A stretch of DNA of 64,000 nt from Eledone cirrhosa (Eukaryota), in NCBI GenBank assembly GCA_964016885.1, contig OZ024746.1:81902001-81966000 (forward strand). The letters are read 5' to 3'. The notes beneath the pieces are model-generated. The model did no database searches. It saw only the letters and a program-made list of their open reading frames with translations, and was not told the origin of the DNA. Shown piece by piece: positions 37,259 to 49,429 of this stretch. Position 1 is the stretch's first letter. The number at the start of each line of letters is the position of its first letter. A program made the translations under genes and the position numbers.

Positions 37259-37499
37259 GTGTATGTGTGTGTCTATCTGTTGCGATGCGATGATAATATT
37301 TCTTGGTGCTGAAGTAAACAAAACGATAAACATTTCCTACCTAAATTTGCTCTCTATATATTTCGCACCAGAAAATTATTGTAGTAAGCAGATTATAGCT
37401 TATCGCTACATACATAATTGGTACGACAAAACTTTATTTCTGATAATATTTAAGGACAATATATTACATGGTTGAGCAGTATATTTTCACTCCCCTTTG

Positions 37500-38505
37500 G
37501 AAATCCTTTCACAGCCAGAACCCTGCTTCTCAAACTTAAAACGTTTTCTCAAAGTAAAAACATTTCACAAGCTAAAGGAACATATGCAGAAGTCTGCTCC
37601 TTAAAGGAAAAAGAATCGTTGTCACGGGCTGCAGGCAACGCTTCAAAGGAAAACATGTTTCTAATCATGATGCCTGCTTCTCAAAGGCAAATGTTTTCAA
37701 GCGAAACATTTTTCGTGGGCTGAAGATTGCTTTTAAAGGAAAATATTTCCACAGGCCAAAGCCTTTTGGTCAAGGGAAAACATTTTAATGGATTGAAATG
37801 ATCGAAGGAAAACATTCCATAACTTAAGCCTACTTCCCAAAATAAAAAAAGAAAATAACAGGTTAATTCTCCTTCTTAAAGGAAAAAATAAAGATTTACT
37901 GACTGAAGCATACTTCTCAAGGTAGTAGAATTTTGCAGCCTGAAATCTGTTTTTCAAAAGAAAAAATATTCACAGGATAAAAACATCTTCACAAACAAAC
38001 ATGTTTGACAAGCAAAACATGTTTGTCAAAGAAAATAAAACATCCTCAGGATTAAAACCGTTTCACAATCTGAAGCCTGTTGGACAAAGAAAATATTGTC
38101 ATGTTGCAAAATCTTGAATTGCAAAGGAAAAAAAAATTTGATTTTCAATTTTAAGCCTACTTCTCAGAAGAAAAAAATCACCATCTTTTCAAATGAAAGC
38201 TTGTTCGCCAGTTGAAGTCTTCTTCGCAAATAAAGTTTTTTCCAGCTTAACACCAACTTTTCAATGAGACATTTTGCAGTCTAAAGCCAGCTTCGTAGTG
38301 TAAAAAATGTTCATAGGCTGATCCTCTTCTTCAAACGAATAGATTTCAACAGATTGAACATTTATTTGAAGGATAAAATTTTCAACGGCTGATGCCTGCT
38401 TTTCAAAGAAAGATTCCAGACACTAAAAGCTGATTCAGAAAGGAAACATTTCACAGGCTGAAGTCTGATTCTCAAAAGGAACTATTTTCATAGGCTTCAC
38501 TGACT
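37500..38505. repeat. Highly diverged ~37-bp minisatellite
   Basis: Recurring AAGGAAAACATTTTCACAGGCTGAAGCCTGCTTCTCA-like units; period estimated by eye. Confidence 0.7.
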
Positions 38506-38519
38506 GAAGAATAGTTTGC

Positions 38520-39488
38520 TTGGTATCCTAAGCCCGGCCAAAACAGCATCTTCTAATGTACATGAAGTGCATCTGGGAACCATAACTAACCTCTCGGGGG
38601 GTGGGGCCACAGGAGCCATTAATGAGCTCAAATGTGACAAGGCCGCTGGGGAGGATGAAATTCACCCAGAGATGTTAAAAGCCTTAAATAGAGAAGGTAT
38701 TCTCTGGCTGACGCGTGCTTGCCATGTGACCTGGATTTTTGGAAAGGCACCTCAGCAATAGTAATCGGAAGTGATCCCAATTTTCAAAATGGAGACAAGA
38801 GAGATTGCTCCAATTATTGAGTGTTCTCCTTGTTGAGCCTATCCGTTAAAGTCTATGCTAAGTGTCAGGCAAAGGGATGTAGGGATATTGTCGAGTCCAA
38901 GCGAGCTGACGAACAGTGCGGTTTTCGCCCCGGATGCAGTACAGCCGACCAAATATGCACACTGCGTCAGATCTTTGAGAAAACGTGTGAGTATTGCCAA
39001 GAGGTATATTCTTGTTTTAAAGACCTCGAAAAAGCATATGAGCGCGTTCCACGGTAACTGCTGTGGAAGTTTCTGCAGGAGTGTGTGATCTAGGAACAGC
39101 TTCTTATTACCGTGAAGTCTCTATATGAATGCTCTAGCATTTGTGTTCGGATAAATGGTGTGAAGTAGTAACCATTCAATGTGGGTGTCGGACTGAAACA
39201 CTCGTCCTCGGAGATTAGGGAGTCGCTCCAAGAAGAACCGCTACTTCTCCAAATTGATAGGTCACAGCTCAGATACTACGTACATGTGGATAGAATTTCT
39301 AAAGAAAGAATAGCTGGACAAATTTTACAGGCAAAATTAACTAGCAGGAGACCCAGGGGTTGACCTGAGCAGGGTCGTTGGATAATGGCCATGAGCATGG
39401 CTGGTCTCACCTGGGGATCCAGCCGGATCAATTGGAGACACCTGCTTCTGACAGGACCCTCTAGAAGGAAAAGGTGGGTGAAGAAGGT
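38520..39488 (+). pseudogene. RTE-clade (Expander/Rex3-like) LINE reverse transcriptase remnant, internally deleted
   Basis: KAAGEDEIHPEMLK, SLLSLSVKVYAK, EQCGFRPGCSTADQICTLRQIFEK and FKDLEKAYERVPR, then EIRESLQEEPLLLQIDRSQLRY and RRPRG; stops and frameshifts throughout. Confidence 0.92.
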
Positions 39489-39600
39489 TAGCTTTGCTTT
39501 TCATCCTTACGGCGTTGATAAAATAAAAACCAGCATTGGGGTCGATTTACTCGACTTTCCCTTCAAATGTTTGGCCTTGTACCAAAAGTAGAAACAATTA
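39489..39600 (+). mobile_element. 5'-truncated SINE (29296 family)
   Basis: CTTTGCTTTTCATCCTTACGGCGTTGATAAAATAAAAACCAG ... GGCCTTGTACCAAAAGTAGAAAC. Confidence 0.75.
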
Positions 39601-40458
39601 TTATTACTCGAGTAATAATCTCGTATGCAAGTATAATGAAAGAATATATTATTCAATATTTGTTTATTAGGGATTAAAAAAAATTAAAATGTACGTAAAG
39701 TCGTTTAATTAGAGAATTTAAATATTATGATTATAACCCAAAGAAAAGTTATTTTATCCATGTTGGATTATATCTATTATTTGTGAACCTTTAAACATAT
39801 TTGTTAATTAACAATGCCACCATGTTTCCTCTTTGTTGTTCGATAAGGTCGCCTGCGAATTAATATATTGGAAAAATACTTGAAAGTTTTATAAATTTCT
39901 TCCAACGCTCCTCTCTATATGTCCATTCAGTGGAATCCTTTTTACTATTTATATCTTGGATTTGTAAATTATTCTCAATTACGTTGAATTTATTTCCCCT
40001 CACTCCTGCAGCATGTTAAAACATAGACAAAATTACCAGATTAACATGCTAAATCATTTTAAAGCTTTAAAATGTTTCCAACTTCGAATTTGAAATCTTA
40101 GCCTTCCAGCGTATATTCGTTAATTCAGCAGTTACATATTTCCAATTTTGGAGTTTGAGGATTGGGAATTTGTTTGCAAATTTGTGCATTTCTGAGTAAT
40201 TTTTTCAAATTTTTAATAATTTTTTTAATGCTTCCAGACATTTAAAAATGTTTTTCTTTATACAAAATTCCAATGAATAAAATTATAAATTTCAATATTC
40301 CTCGGGTATATAAATAAAATGCGTAATTTTTAAATATTTGTTCTTTTTGTTCTTTCTATTCAATTTTTCACTAGACTGGAGAGAAACACAACGCCTAGTC
40401 GAGTCGGGGAATCAAACCCACGACATTATGAACGTAAGTCCAACACACACACACGCAT

Positions 40459-40542
<84 letters not shown>

Positions 40543-40913
40543 TGAAGAAAGTGTGGTAAGGAACCAGGTGGACCATAACGCACCAGAGTGGTATTGCAGC
40601 CTCGGCATTGTGGGGAGGGTTGAACCACGTTACGTGGCGTGAGCGGCGGCGTCGCCTGCTGGATCCGCTAGAAGGGCCTGGATAATATGAAATCCACAGG
40701 TCAGAATATCATCTTACTCCCTCCCCTTTGTTCTACAGGAAAGTTCAGCCCCCCCCCCCACCTCCCACTGCTATGAAGGAATTTAACTATGTATATGACA
40801 TCCCAAAATATTTGACTACTCCCCGTGACAGAAAAGAAAAACAACAATTTTTATGGTTGTTTGATTCGATACTACTGCTATGTTTTGATTGCCTGCTCAA
40901 ATATATGGATTGT

Positions 40914-41006
40914 ACCCCTTGATGAGTTCAGCTAGGTCACTACCGTCCTACCACTGGTTTAGTTTGGATCTAGCTGTCGAAACGACCGGAGCTCAGCCAT
41001 CGGCGT
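40914..41006 (+). ncRNA. Degenerate type-I hammerhead ribozyme within a (TA)n-embedded insert spanning 40545-41022
   Basis: ACCCC-UUGAUGA-G..CAGCUAGGUC/GAUCUAGCUG..C-GAAA-CGAC(cggagcuca)GCCAU-C-GGCGU. Sister copies supply the intact ACGGC/GCCGU stem III, the GUC triplet and the GGGGU strand of stem I. Confidence 0.7.
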
Positions 41007-41035
41007 CCTGACTCTTTTCCTATATATATATATAT

Positions 41036-42295
41036 TACACATATTTTTTCCTCTGCTGCCACCCGTCTGTTTCTCTCTTTGTATCTTTACCCTTTCTAGC
41101 AGTCTCTCTCTCTGTTAGCCTCTTCCTCAACTTTCACTCACTCATACCCTGTCACTACCTCTCCTCCACTCCTCTTTCTTCCCGCTTGACCTGTCCGATT
41201 TCTTTTCTCGCGCACTCTTGGCCAAGCCGGTATGAATTTTTTTTCTCTCTCTCTCTCTCGTCTGCGTCTTCACAAAACTTATGTTTACCGAATTCGCAGA
41301 CCAGACCCCTTCTTCTTCTTCCTCCCGTTAGACCTGTGCGAAATTCCTTCCTTGCTCACATTTCAACCAGGACTGATGGTCTTTATTCTCTAGTAGTTCA
41401 CGATTTTATCGAGTTTATATTCATAGAAATCTGGGACTTGTCTCTTTCCTCTCACTTTCTGTTGCTTAAACCATTTTGTTTGTTCACCCTAACGTTCTCT
41501 TTATTTCCGTGTCCCAACGACTTTTTTTAGCCGTTGTTCGCACCAACCTGAGGTATATGGCCCTTAAAGCGATGAAATGCCTGGGACGGTTGGAGGGTCA
41601 CTGATGAAGGACTCCCCCCCTTTTTTATATGTAACCCATTTGCAACGCCGCAGCTCCATTATTATCATATTTACACATTTTTTCCTCTGCTGCCACCCGT
41701 CTGTTTCTCTCTTTGTATCTTTACCCTTTCTAGCAGTCTCTCTCTCTGTTAGCCTCTTCCTCAACTTTCACTCACTCATACCCTGTCACTACCTCTCCTC
41801 CACTCCTCTTTCTTCCCGCTTGACCTGTCCGATTTCTTTTCTCGCGCACTCTTGGCCAAGCCGGTATGAATTTTTTTTCTCTCTCTCTCTCGTCTGCGTC
41901 TTCACAAAACTTATGTTTACCGAATTCGCAGACCAGACCCCTTCTTCTTCTTCCTCCCGTTAGACCTGTGCGAAATTCCTTCCTTGCTCACATTTCAACC
42001 AGGACTGATGGTCTTTATTCTCTAGTAGTTCACGATTTTATCGAGTTTATATTCATAGAAATCTGGGACTTGTCTCTTTCCTCTCACTTTCTGTTGCTTA
42101 AACCATTTTGTTTGTTCACCCTAACGTTCTCTTTATTTACGTGTCCCAACGACTTTTTTTAGCCGTTGTTCGCACCAACCTGAGGTATATGGCCCTTAAA
42201 GCGATGAAATGCCTGGGACGGTTGGAGGGTCACTGATGAAGGACTCCCCCCCTTTTTTATATGTAACCCATTTGCAACGCCGCAGCTCCATTATT

Positions 42296-42300
<5 letters not shown>
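41036..42300. repeat. Near-perfect tandem duplication of a ~633-bp pyrimidine-rich unit, flanked by (TA)n
   Basis: CTCTGCTGCC at 41051 and 41685; units end ATTATCAT at 41668 and 42300; visible differences are a 2-bp (CT)n length change and one C/A substitution. Confidence 0.95.
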
Positions 42301-42369
<69 letters not shown>

Positions 42370-42586
42370 TAACTCACAGTTAGATTCTTAGATACACAAC
42401 CGTTTTATATACAAATGATTACTTTTGACTTGACACGGTGTTTTTAAGTGTCCCTTCCCTACATACCAAGATCATTTCGGCCGGAATTTTCTTTGATTTC
42501 CATCAATAAAATAGTACCAGTAATAATCTAGAGTTCCAGCGTTGAAACAATTCTGCTCTCTTAATGACGCTTATTATTTGATACAT

Positions 42587-42774
42587 AAGGCGGTGGATTG
42601 GCAGTATCGGTAGAGGATCGGATGCCATGCTTTGAAGCATAGAGTTACTTCCCTGTATGATCTGAGTTCAAATCCCGCTGAGGTTAACTTTGCCTTTCAT
42701 CCTTCCGGGGTCGATAGAATAAAGTACCAGTAATGCATTGGGTAATTGCTGGCCTTGTGTCTAAAGTAGAAACA
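42587..42774 (+). mobile_element. Full-length tRNA-derived SINE with 14-bp target-site duplication
   Basis: 29296 family; ATTATTTGATACAT at 42573-42586 and 42775-42788. Confidence 0.9.
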
Positions 42775-43044
42775 ATTATTTGATACATCATCAATTATTT
42801 CTAAAATAGGCCTTAATTAGTACATTTCTACGGAGGACCCAGTCGATTAAATCCTGGACAGCTGTATACCACTAGTATTTAACTTACTGAAGCTAGAAGG
42901 ATAAAAGGCAAAGCCACATTCTGTAAAGAGTCATAACTAAATATTGCAAAGCATTTTATCCGGCGTTTATCATTGCTGACACTTACCATGATTAATTATT
43001 TCTTACATTGGCACAATATCATAAATACATAGGGAAAACGAGAC

Positions 43045-43385
43045 AGAGAATTGGCAGAGCCCTCAGGGCGTCGGATAGAATGCTTTGCAGAAGTTGGTCC
43101 AGCTCTCTGTGCTCTTGATTCAAAACCCACAAAGATCACATTTGCTTTTCGTTCTTTCAAGGTCGATCAAAAAGTACTAGTCTAATACTGGGGTTGATTC
43201 TTCTTCTATATCTCTTTCTCACTCTCTTCCCTTTTCTCTCTCTCGCTCTCTCTCGTCTTCTCTGGTAAAAATCGGCTGTGTTTAGACCCGGATAGGGGAT
43301 GATCTCCGCCAAGTTTTAAAATGCCCAAGAAATGTCGTATGCCACTATGGTGTCCCAACAACATGAGTTAAGGGTCCATCCATAC
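43045..43385 (+). mobile_element. Older composite SINE: head and central domain, (CT)n, then a distinct tail
   Basis: Same architecture at 48455-48775 and 55903-56200; shared tail TTTTAAAATGCCCAAGAAATG..ATGYCAYTA. Confidence 0.6.
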
Positions 43386-44186
43386 TTACATAAAGTAAAT
43401 GGAATTTACAGTCGATAAATTGTCGAACCGAAAGCATTTCTGCTGCCACTCCTACCGCTGACGTTAATCCCATCTTTGTTCCATACATAATTCATAGCCA
43501 TAGAAAATACAGTTGCAGAAACGAATGCAATAAATATCTGAATAGGCTATTTTATGAGATTTAATTTGCAATTGTAAATTGCATGAAAACGTTTGAGACG
43601 CGGTCAAATCAAAGGATGCTTACTAATTACTGAACACAGTAAGAAACAAAAACAAAAAAATTAGAAAGATACATTGTAAAGACAATTCGTGTTAAAACAA
43701 AAGAACAACGCTTGAAGATATTTCATTCTTTGTTTTACAATAAATTTATTTTTATATCTTAAAGTATTGCAAACGACTATTCCATTCTCGTAAAACGAGA
43801 TTGCTGAAGAAAGCTAACATTTGAGACAGCAAATATTTTAAGAAAATTAAAAAAAGAGAAGCCCATGCAAAATATAGTTAAATAAAAGCACAATAATTAT
43901 ATATTGTTGGCACAGAAAAAAAAGACAATTTTCGACAGGAGACAATTTTTGAAAATGTACGTTGGCTATAAAAATAAAACATTATTCTAGATACATCGAC
44001 AGTTGTTGCTTTTTAGTGTTCATTTTTTAATGCAAGATGTATGTATGTATTAATACTAGTTGTATGTATATATGTATGTATGTATGTAAGTATATGTGTA
44101 TATATGCTTGCATGCGTGTGTGTATATGCATCTGTGTATGTGTGATGGCTTTCTTTGAACATGATTGGACAACCAACATATATATG

Positions 44187-44260
<74 letters not shown>

Positions 44261-44261
44261 C

Positions 44262-44463
44262 GAAGGAAATATGGTAAGGAACCAGGTGGACCATAACGCA
44301 CCAAAGTACTCAATACTTGAGGTAGTAGAGTGGGTAATAGGAACCAGTAAGACCCCGACAGCTGAGCTCAAGCCGTTTCGACGGCTAATTCTGGACTCAA
44401 TTAGCCGTCCAGAATTAGCCGTCGAAACGACTTGAGCTCAGCTGTCGGGGTCTTACTGGTTCC

Positions 44464-44466
<3 letters not shown>
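44262..44466. mobile_element. Hammerhead-family insert in (TA)n containing a 60-bp-arm fold-back
   Basis: Arms 44337-44396 and 44407-44466 (one mismatch); contains GAAACGACTTGAGCTCAGCTGTC-GGGGT; shares GGTAAGGAACCAGGTGGACCATAACGCACCA with the 40555 region. Confidence 0.85.
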
Positions 44467-44495
<29 letters not shown>

Positions 44496-44829
44496 TCAAT
44501 TTAGCGAGAATCGCATTTCGGCGGGTAGAAATTAGCGAAACGCAACTTCCATATTGTGCAGACAAGCGCTCCATGGATATGAAGAAGATACCAGAGCTAT
44601 AGACATAAGTTAAAATGGTCTCTATATATATATATACGGATCCCTATTCTGCTGGCTTCGTTAGCAAATTTATATATATATATAACATCTGATTCTTATG
44701 TGTAAATTATGCAATAGCATATTTATATCCATGGATTCTTACATAAATGCATATATAGCAATATACATACATGTATACACATGTATTTTATATAGATTCA
44801 TATAAATACTCACATATATAATGTGTGTG

Positions 44830-45065
44830 AAAGGTGTTGGTTACATCATGTATGTGTAAGGATGTAGTTTCGATTCCAAGACTGGGTGGCACGTTGTGTC
44901 CTTGAGCAAGGCACTACATTTCCTGTTGGTCAGGTTTATATGCAACGTCGCTACTGCCAAGTTTTATTGTTATTTGCCTTTCTCTTAGATAACATCGGTG
45001 GCGCAGAGAGGGGAGTATTGCCGTGTATAGGTGACTATTGGTCTTCCACCAAACCCCATTTAAGG
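44830..45065 (+). mobile_element. Diverged tRNA-derived SINE (CORE-like)
   Basis: GTTTCGATTCC B box followed by GTTGTGTCCTTGAGCAAGGCACT. Confidence 0.65.
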
Positions 45066-45569
45066 TTGTGTAGTTTTTTATCATTTTATCGCTTGCCTTC
45101 TTAATTACAGATTTTCCACTCTTTTCTATTTTTTTTCCAGTTGATTTTCATTTCTACACTCTCCGCTATCCGCTCCTTATTTTCTGTCAGTACTATAGCC
45201 ATTTCCTCCTCCACCCGCTACTGTTTAATGTGTATATGGATGCGTTTATGTTTACTCTAGTGAATAAAATAGAATGGATGGATGGATTGTATTTGTCACG
45301 TTTATTCTGCCAGGAGAGTACGTAACGGAGACTCATATCTTTGGAGTACTTATCTGTTAATTTAATTAACAGATAGTTCAATTGGTCAGACATATGTGTA
45401 CTCATCATCGAAATCGATTAGGATCGATTATTGTGTAAGTATGTACACATCTACACGGTTAAATATGCATATAGTGAAAGAAAACCTCTAATCGATATGT
45501 CAGAACCAACCTTTCTTTATGACACACTAACTTATTTTTCATATATAAAGCCCTTAATGACACTAACTT

Positions 45570-46315
45570 ATTTTTCATATAATAAAGCCCTTAATGACAG
45601 CGTATTTACAGAACACATTAAATATCTACCTACTCCTCCCCCTAAAACTAACCACAATAATAGGAAAAAGAAAATTATTTGGTTTACACCCCCTTCTCTC
45701 TAACTGTCAAAACTAATGTAGGAAGGAAATTCTTTGACCTCTTAGACAAACATTTTGCTCCTAATCATAGATATTATAAGATATTTAATAGAAATGTAGT
45801 TAAAATCAGTTACTCTTGCTGCCCATCAATGAAGTCTAAAATCACGAATTCTAATCGTACGAGAATAAATCCAGGATGCAGTTGCAGGAAGCCGGATGAA
45901 TGCCCATTACAGGGCAAATGTAATACCAAATCGGTTGTATATGAGGCCAAAGTGACACCTTTAATTAACAACCAGCCAGCCAGGAGTGAACGATATGTTG
46001 GCATGACTCAGGACAGGTTCAAAACCAGGTTTTATGCACATGTCGCTTCTTTTAAACACTGATAAAAGAACAGCAACAGCTCTCGCAAATAAGGTATGGG
46101 AATTCAAAGATAAAAACATCCCGTACTCTATCGATTGGTCTATTTTAGACCATTCGAGGGAGTACCAAAGGGACACAAAGAATTGTTCTTTGTGTACCAC
46201 TGAAAAATTTAGGATTCTACAAAACTTGAAAGCCACTTCAACTTACCTGAACTCCAAGACCGAGATCTTCAGATGTTGTCCTCACCTGAAATCACATCTG
46301 ATCTGTAACTGGATT
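45570..46315 (+). pseudogene. Penelope-like element (Neptune-type) linker and GIY-YIG endonuclease, 5'-truncated with two frameshifts
   Basis: RKKKIIWFTPP/FSLTVKTNVG..KHF..KISYSC, Cys-rich CSCRKPDECPLQGKC, VVYEA..YVGMT..FKTRFYAH (GIY-YIG), LANKVWEFK..WSIL..CSLC..EK..LNSKTEIFRCCPH; frameshifts at ~45695 and ~46060. Confidence 0.9.
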
Positions 46316-46578
46316 GACATTCCTACGATGACTCAACCACCTTGGAATTCTTCTCTGCCCTCTACGCCTTACATCCACTACGATTTTTATTACTCTCTGA
46401 ACTCCCTTTCTGTACTCTTATATACTTTTTCTCCCTTATCTCCCCTTATATTTAAACTTTTTCCTGTTATTTATTTATTTCTACCTTACCCTTTACATAC
46501 CCACCTTTTTTATTTATAGATATTTATTTCTGTGTGTATGTATGTGTTGTGTATATGTGTATATGTGTATATGTGTGG

Positions 46579-46669
<91 letters not shown>

Positions 46670-46900
46670 TTTATATATATCTGTATGCATAATTACATAC
46701 AGAGTGATTTAATGTTTATTTTCATTGATTATTTGCTCTAGGAACTTGTTGAGTGCTCTGAATCAGCTATAAACATTTATACCTTTATCTATTTATTTAT
46801 TTATTTATTATTTGTCGTATTCCCAACTATTTGTTTACCCCTTCCACCCTTTTATTTTTATAAATATATATAATATTTATGTATTTTCTTATATATATAT

Positions 46901-46960
46901 ATAGGAACGAGTAGGACCCCGACAGCTGAGCTCAAGCCGTTTCGACGGCTAATTCTGGAC
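46901..46960 (-). mobile_element. Hammerhead-family fragment (3' half) in (TA)n
   Basis: Nearly identical to the 44337-44396 arm. Confidence 0.85.
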
Positions 46961-47076
<116 letters not shown>

Positions 47077-47569
47077 GTATGTGTGTATATATGTGTATAT
47101 ATATATATATGTATGTATATATATATGTATATGTGTGTATGTATATATTTATATGTATGTATGTGTATGTGTAAATGTGTGTATTTCTTACCACGTGTGT
47201 TTATTTATTTGTGTCCTCTCCTGTATCGCTGTCAACTTTATAATAATTTTTATTTTTATTTTCTTAAGTCGTATATTTTTTTTTTTTTTTTTTTTTTTGA
47301 TGTGACGGCCTTTTGCATATATGGTTGTCCATTGTCTTTTATTTTTATTTTTATTTTTATTATTTTTTATTATAATTTTTTCTTATAATTAATTGTGTGT
47401 GTGCGTATGTAGGGGTGTGTACATATATCTATATATGTGTGTGCGTATGTATGCGTGTATATATGTGTGTATGTATGTGTGTATATGTACGTGTGTATAT
47501 ATGTATGATTATATGTGTGTGTATATGTATGTATGTATATGTATGTATATATATATATATATATATATT

Positions 47570-47641
<72 letters not shown>

Positions 47642-47719
47642 TGTGTGTGTGTTTGTGTATTTGTGTGTATGTGTATGTATGGATATGTATGTACATATGT
47701 ATGTATATATATATATATC

Positions 47720-48073
47720 TCAGTACAACCTGTCTCATGGTCGGGTCGTTGGCGACAAAACTGGCAACCCCACCAAGGTTTCTTGGGGAGGAGGGTGACT
47801 TTGGACGTCCTACAGAACTAAAAACAAAACCTATCAAAGGAGCTCTTAAGAGTCAATGGCCATCCAAAATCACCGGGAGAGCTGACCCCTTAGCCTTCGT
47901 CTCATGGTACCATGGGCCCAGCACTGTGTCAATAATTGTCAGAAGTGTAGTATTTGTACCAAGTTTTCAAGTCGCTGGCTGGACTAAAAAGTCCCACTCG
48001 TTCAGCGCATTGGTAGGGGTTCTCCTGCATGGATATAAAGTAGTGGCCGTACTCGAAAACGAGTTGGCAGCCA

Positions 48074-48075
<2 letters not shown>
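47720..48075. mobile_element. Unclassified GC-richer repeat inserted between TA/TG microsatellites
   Basis: Its terminal ~105 bp recur inverted at 59819-59923, also inside (TA)n. Confidence 0.65.
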
Positions 48076-48147
<72 letters not shown>

Positions 48148-48407
48148 ATATATATATACATATGTATATATGTGTGTATGCATATGTGTGTGTGTGTGCA
48201 TGTGTGTTTATCTACTTTTATATTTATTCTGTTTCCTTTCCTTCTTCCTTTTCCAGCCTCACTTTCATATAGATTATATTTTTGTTTTTAAAATCCACTG
48301 TCAATAAATACACCACGATTTTTTCATTCTGATGACTGAAAGCACATTTCTTTTGCTTTCAAGAAACCACTGGTAAATGAAATAATTATCTTATGTTGTT
48401 TATTACA

Positions 48408-48445
<38 letters not shown>

Positions 48446-49246
48446 CTTATATGTGAGTGGTGAATTGACAGATTTGTCAGAATGTCGGATAGAATGATTT
48501 GCGTTATTCATTCCACCATTCTGCGCCGAAGTAAACTTTGCCTTTCATACTTTCAAGGTCGATAAAACAAGAACTGGTCCAATGCTGGGATCGATTTTTC
48601 CTTTATATATATATATATATCTTTCTCTCACACGTCTCTATTACTCTCTTTCTCCCCTGGAAGAAAGTAGATGTGATGGAGAGGAGATGGGCTCCATTAT
48701 GATTTTTTAAATGCCCAAGAAATGCCACATGTCATTACAGCAACCCTACATCTCCCCTAAGGATTACGGATACATACACATACATGCATGCATACATATA
48801 TACATACAGACAGATAGTAATGAACTGATGAGTGCTAGGATTGGTAAATGAATAAGAAGTACCCTTCATAATCATGGCGTTCAAGCTTCGTTCACACTAA
48901 GTAAAATACCTCGGAAAAGTATTTTGTTACTAGAATTCCTTAATCGGAAACTACGTAGACAATCGTCGGACAAACTGCAGCTGTAATTCAAGATGTGAGC
49001 CTTCTCACACACAATGTCCTGCTGAGCTTCCGAGGTTGTTAATTTAGGGATACAAGTGTCTGTGGAAAATTCAGCCACATAAATTACAGTCCAGTTAGTA
49101 TGTAGTTCGGCACAGATTGAATTATTGGAATACATACACACCGCCGTAACTGACAAATGATAGATTTGTTATCTACATCTTTTACATTCTGACTTTCTGC
49201 TTCCTTCATCTGTGTTATAGATATCCTGATAATTTTGTAGATAAGT

Positions 49247-49429
49247 AGACCTGTCAACCCCTAAAAACGCAAACGGGAAGTACCATGAAAAACAGTGCCA
49301 CAAAATGAGGCAAAATGTGGAGATTTTACATAATGAAAACTATACCCATTTTCACAAGACAAGACGTCTTTCCCCCACTCCAAAGTGGGTGGGAGATCTC
49401 CCCGTCGGACGGGGAGAGTTGACAGTTCT
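49247..49429. mobile_element. hAT-like MITE
   Basis: TIRs AGACCTGTCAAC / GTTGACAGTTCT; subterminal CTCCCCGTCGGACGGGGAG hairpin; ATAAGT near both flanks. Confidence 0.55.

Noticed and set aside
41370-41446. CTGATGG...GAAA...GTC as a hammerhead in the 633-bp unit
   Set aside because: A9 is mutated and stems II and III do not pair convincingly
47735-47900. HDV-like ribozyme in a GC-rich segment
   Set aside because: Could not build the nested double pseudoknot by eye
48881-49156. 91-aa minus-strand ORF faintly resembling a hAT dimerisation domain (LTTSEAQ...SLSDDCL)
   Set aside because: Similarity is too weak to call without an HMM search; no clear exon structure
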